From Balanoglossus misakiensis (lineage: Eukaryota > Animalia > Hemichordata): a DNA stretch of 64,000 nt. A program made the position numbers and the translations under genes. The notes below the pieces were generated by a model. It did no database searches, was not told the origin of the DNA, and saw only the letters and a list, made by a program, of their open reading frames with translations. This document shows, in pieces, positions 61,483 to 64,000 of the stretch (its first letter is position 1; each line of letters starts with the position of its first letter). The stretch spans positions 10,193,846 to 10,257,845 of the forward strand of contig CM082577.2 of assembly GCA_040954595.2 (NCBI GenBank). Reading direction: 5' to 3'.

Positions 61483-63906
61483 GTGAAACACATGGCTACA
61501 CAGACAGTTGACAGATGGCATAACAACACAAAACTCAAGGTCTGTACAGGGGTGGTACTAAAATACCTGCATAATATAGGTCAAAAACACATTTTCACAT
61601 GCCATTTGATGACATGACTTTGAAATATTCAAACTCAGAGTCCAGGAAGTGCACCTGTTTGGAGTTATTTATATAACGTGACAACACAGAAAGCCTTTTT
61701 ACATTCAATTCCACTTGGAATAAAATAATCCCACTGGAATGGTTTGACAGAGCAACTTTTCCACCAACTGCAATTTTTCCCATTGAATTTTCCACGCAAG
61801 GTCAATTAGAATACCAACAAACGACACTCTTTTACAAATTCAGGGCAAGTCCAAATTAAACTTTCTCAAGCAACAGGATAATTCATCAATTGTGTACTGG
61901 GGTTTGGGACTGTAACAGAGTGGAAAATAAAAATTTTAAGAACACCTTTCTCCTCCTCAGCTACAAAAAACAAACAAGACAAACAAGACAAATCATTGCT
62001 CACTTTATAGGTTGAATTAATATCACACCAGTAATCACGGGATACTGAAATTTATCGAGCATCTCTCCGATACCTTGCCCAAGGAAAATGCTGAGAATTG
62101 CATTAAAAGCCCTTTAATGGGGCAAAGTGGAGTACCAGACAAATTCTATGACGTTATTCAGTGCCATTTAGCAAAGAGCAAAGATATCAAGCTATCAGAA
62201 ATGTACACTTAGTATCGTTTGATCGAAGGTAAAATGGATACAAGCCTGTCAGATGCTTGATGTAATCGGATCAGTTTACATTATACTTTGCGAAATCTAC
62301 GATTGAAGGTATATCGTTCGTCAACCATCAATAAAATATGACAACAAGCACCTATCTCTTTGGCCCAAGGATGACATTCAAATTTGATGAAAATAATTAA
62401 CCACTGCAATTTAGGGGACACACTTTTTTAATAGCTTTCACTTTTTCCTTACTATTTTTAGGTTAATTCGACCTACAAAAGCAGACAGGACATAAGCATT
62501 AATTATGAATTCTATGAATAATTACCATGATTAAAATATACGTCCGTCAGGAGAAAAAAAATTAAAGGGTAGCTGTGGCAACATGGGAATATTAAAGTGA
62601 AACAGCTACTGTAACACTCAATTGACAGTTGACAGTTACTTCAGAATGATACCGGTGACATTGGAAAAAATTCAGCTGGCAGTATTTAGCCATGAAAATC
62701 GAGCTCAGAAATACGACTGCGCATTATTATTAAAGCAGGCAGCAAATATGATGTGAACTGTCTACATTTTGTAATTTTAATACACTGTCATTTAATTACG
62801 CTTTTGCGTCAATTTTCCACAGTACCGTATTATTAATGAAACCTTTCAGGAACAGCCCGTACACAAAGCCAACAATAACAGACCGTGTGAAATGCTTCAC
62901 ACATGCTTTGAGCGGAACAGGGAACGGTATTGATCATTATTGACGTCCAAAATATACTTGCCAATCAACATTCTCTATCAGACATACGAGTCCGGTCCGA
63001 GTCTGCGTCAGAACCCAATATGAAATTTCATCACCCGAGCGAGATAACGGCCGTAAACTAATAACACTCGCGTTAACACTTACCTTTCACTCCTGGGGGA
63101 AGTGTTACATTATCAGGGGAGATTTGTTACCAGATCATAATTCGACACACACACACTCTACGCGCCACAAAATATTACACACACAATGGCAGCGTGCCGG
63201 TTATGATGTATCATTTCTTGATCACCCTAGGGAATACCATCTGGGGCTCCCTAGGAAGCCATCAAAACATCTCACAGGTTGAGCGCTCAAGAATTTCTTT
63301 TTTCCAATACACTGTACATGTCATTCTAAAACCTTTTCCTCGCTGATAAAAATTTTCTGAACCACAAGAGCAAACATTCAAGTGAATTTTGATAAATCTT
63401 CTGGCAAGAACTAATATTTACAGAACCAATTACAGGATATCACATGAATCCAACGATTACAAATTCAGAAGTCTTCCATCACTCTTGTCGAAACATTATT
63501 TTTTTTCCAATTTCATATTTTCTCAGCTGCGCAGTGACAGTAATACTATATGCTTGTTAGTTTAATAATGCCTGCGATTTGTTGGAGAATTCGCCCAATC
63601 ACTGCCTCATTGGGAATTTGCCATTCTGGGTCTTTAATGAGACGCCGCACGTAAGATGTACGACGTAACGTAACAGACACTATTGGCGTATGGATTCCTT
63701 GAAAAGTTCAGTGTCGTGTCGTGAGGTCTATGGTATATCTTGAAACATCACAGAGTGCAGATTAGCATGTTCGCACTGGAAGCATATATCACTTTGTAAT
63801 CAAAACATTTCCATCATCCAAATCATGATGCAGTGCAGTCACTCCATTGCCCACCTCTACATGTATCAGTGCAATGTGTATGTACAGCAATAATCCTTAG
63901 CATACC

Positions 63907-63980
63907 CACTGTCGTTCAGGCACATGACAGAACGACAGTCACCATCATCACTGTCGTTCAGGCACACGAGAGAATGACAG
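63907..63980. repeat. Two tandem ~42-bp units, each a hairpin
   Basis: ACTGTCGTTC-N12-GAACGACAGT, then a diverged copy. Confidence 0.75.
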
Positions 63981-64000
63981 ATATTTATTATTAGAACGCA

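Noticed and set aside
53850-64000. Many 60-150 aa ORFs
   Set aside because: Mostly non-ATG starts, no domain motifs and no phase-consistent exon chain; treated as intronic or intergenic.

Overview
AT-rich, intron-rich animal DNA from an invertebrate bilaterian. Repeat families and abundant ACATGT tracts look like a marine invertebrate, possibly a hemichordate (low-confidence inference). No prokaryotic features are present. Three spliced genes lie head-to-tail on the minus strand. (1) The 5' half of TRPM-family channel paralog A: ATG at 7945, 12 coding exons, running off the left edge. (2) A complete TRPM paralog B at 31326->12844: 25 coding exons that splice in frame to about 1686 aa, plus a candidate 39-nt Cys-rich micro-exon. 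(3) The 3' part of a Caskin-like scaffold gene: tandem SAM domains, a 2.8-kb Pro/Gln-rich exon, the Caskin C-terminal motif and a stop at 35831. Exon boundaries were read by hand from splice sites and checked for phase. Main observations: paralog B has TRPM2-type ADPR-site, Ca2+-site and YGE pore residues but no NUDT9-H or kinase domain, and ends in a tail with three REQLLxG repeats. Paralog A has lost the N-terminal Cys/His Zn-site segment. Caskin has a candidate internal first exon, a GC-donor exon and two WIRS motifs. RFX X-boxes cluster in introns, and several MITE families are present.
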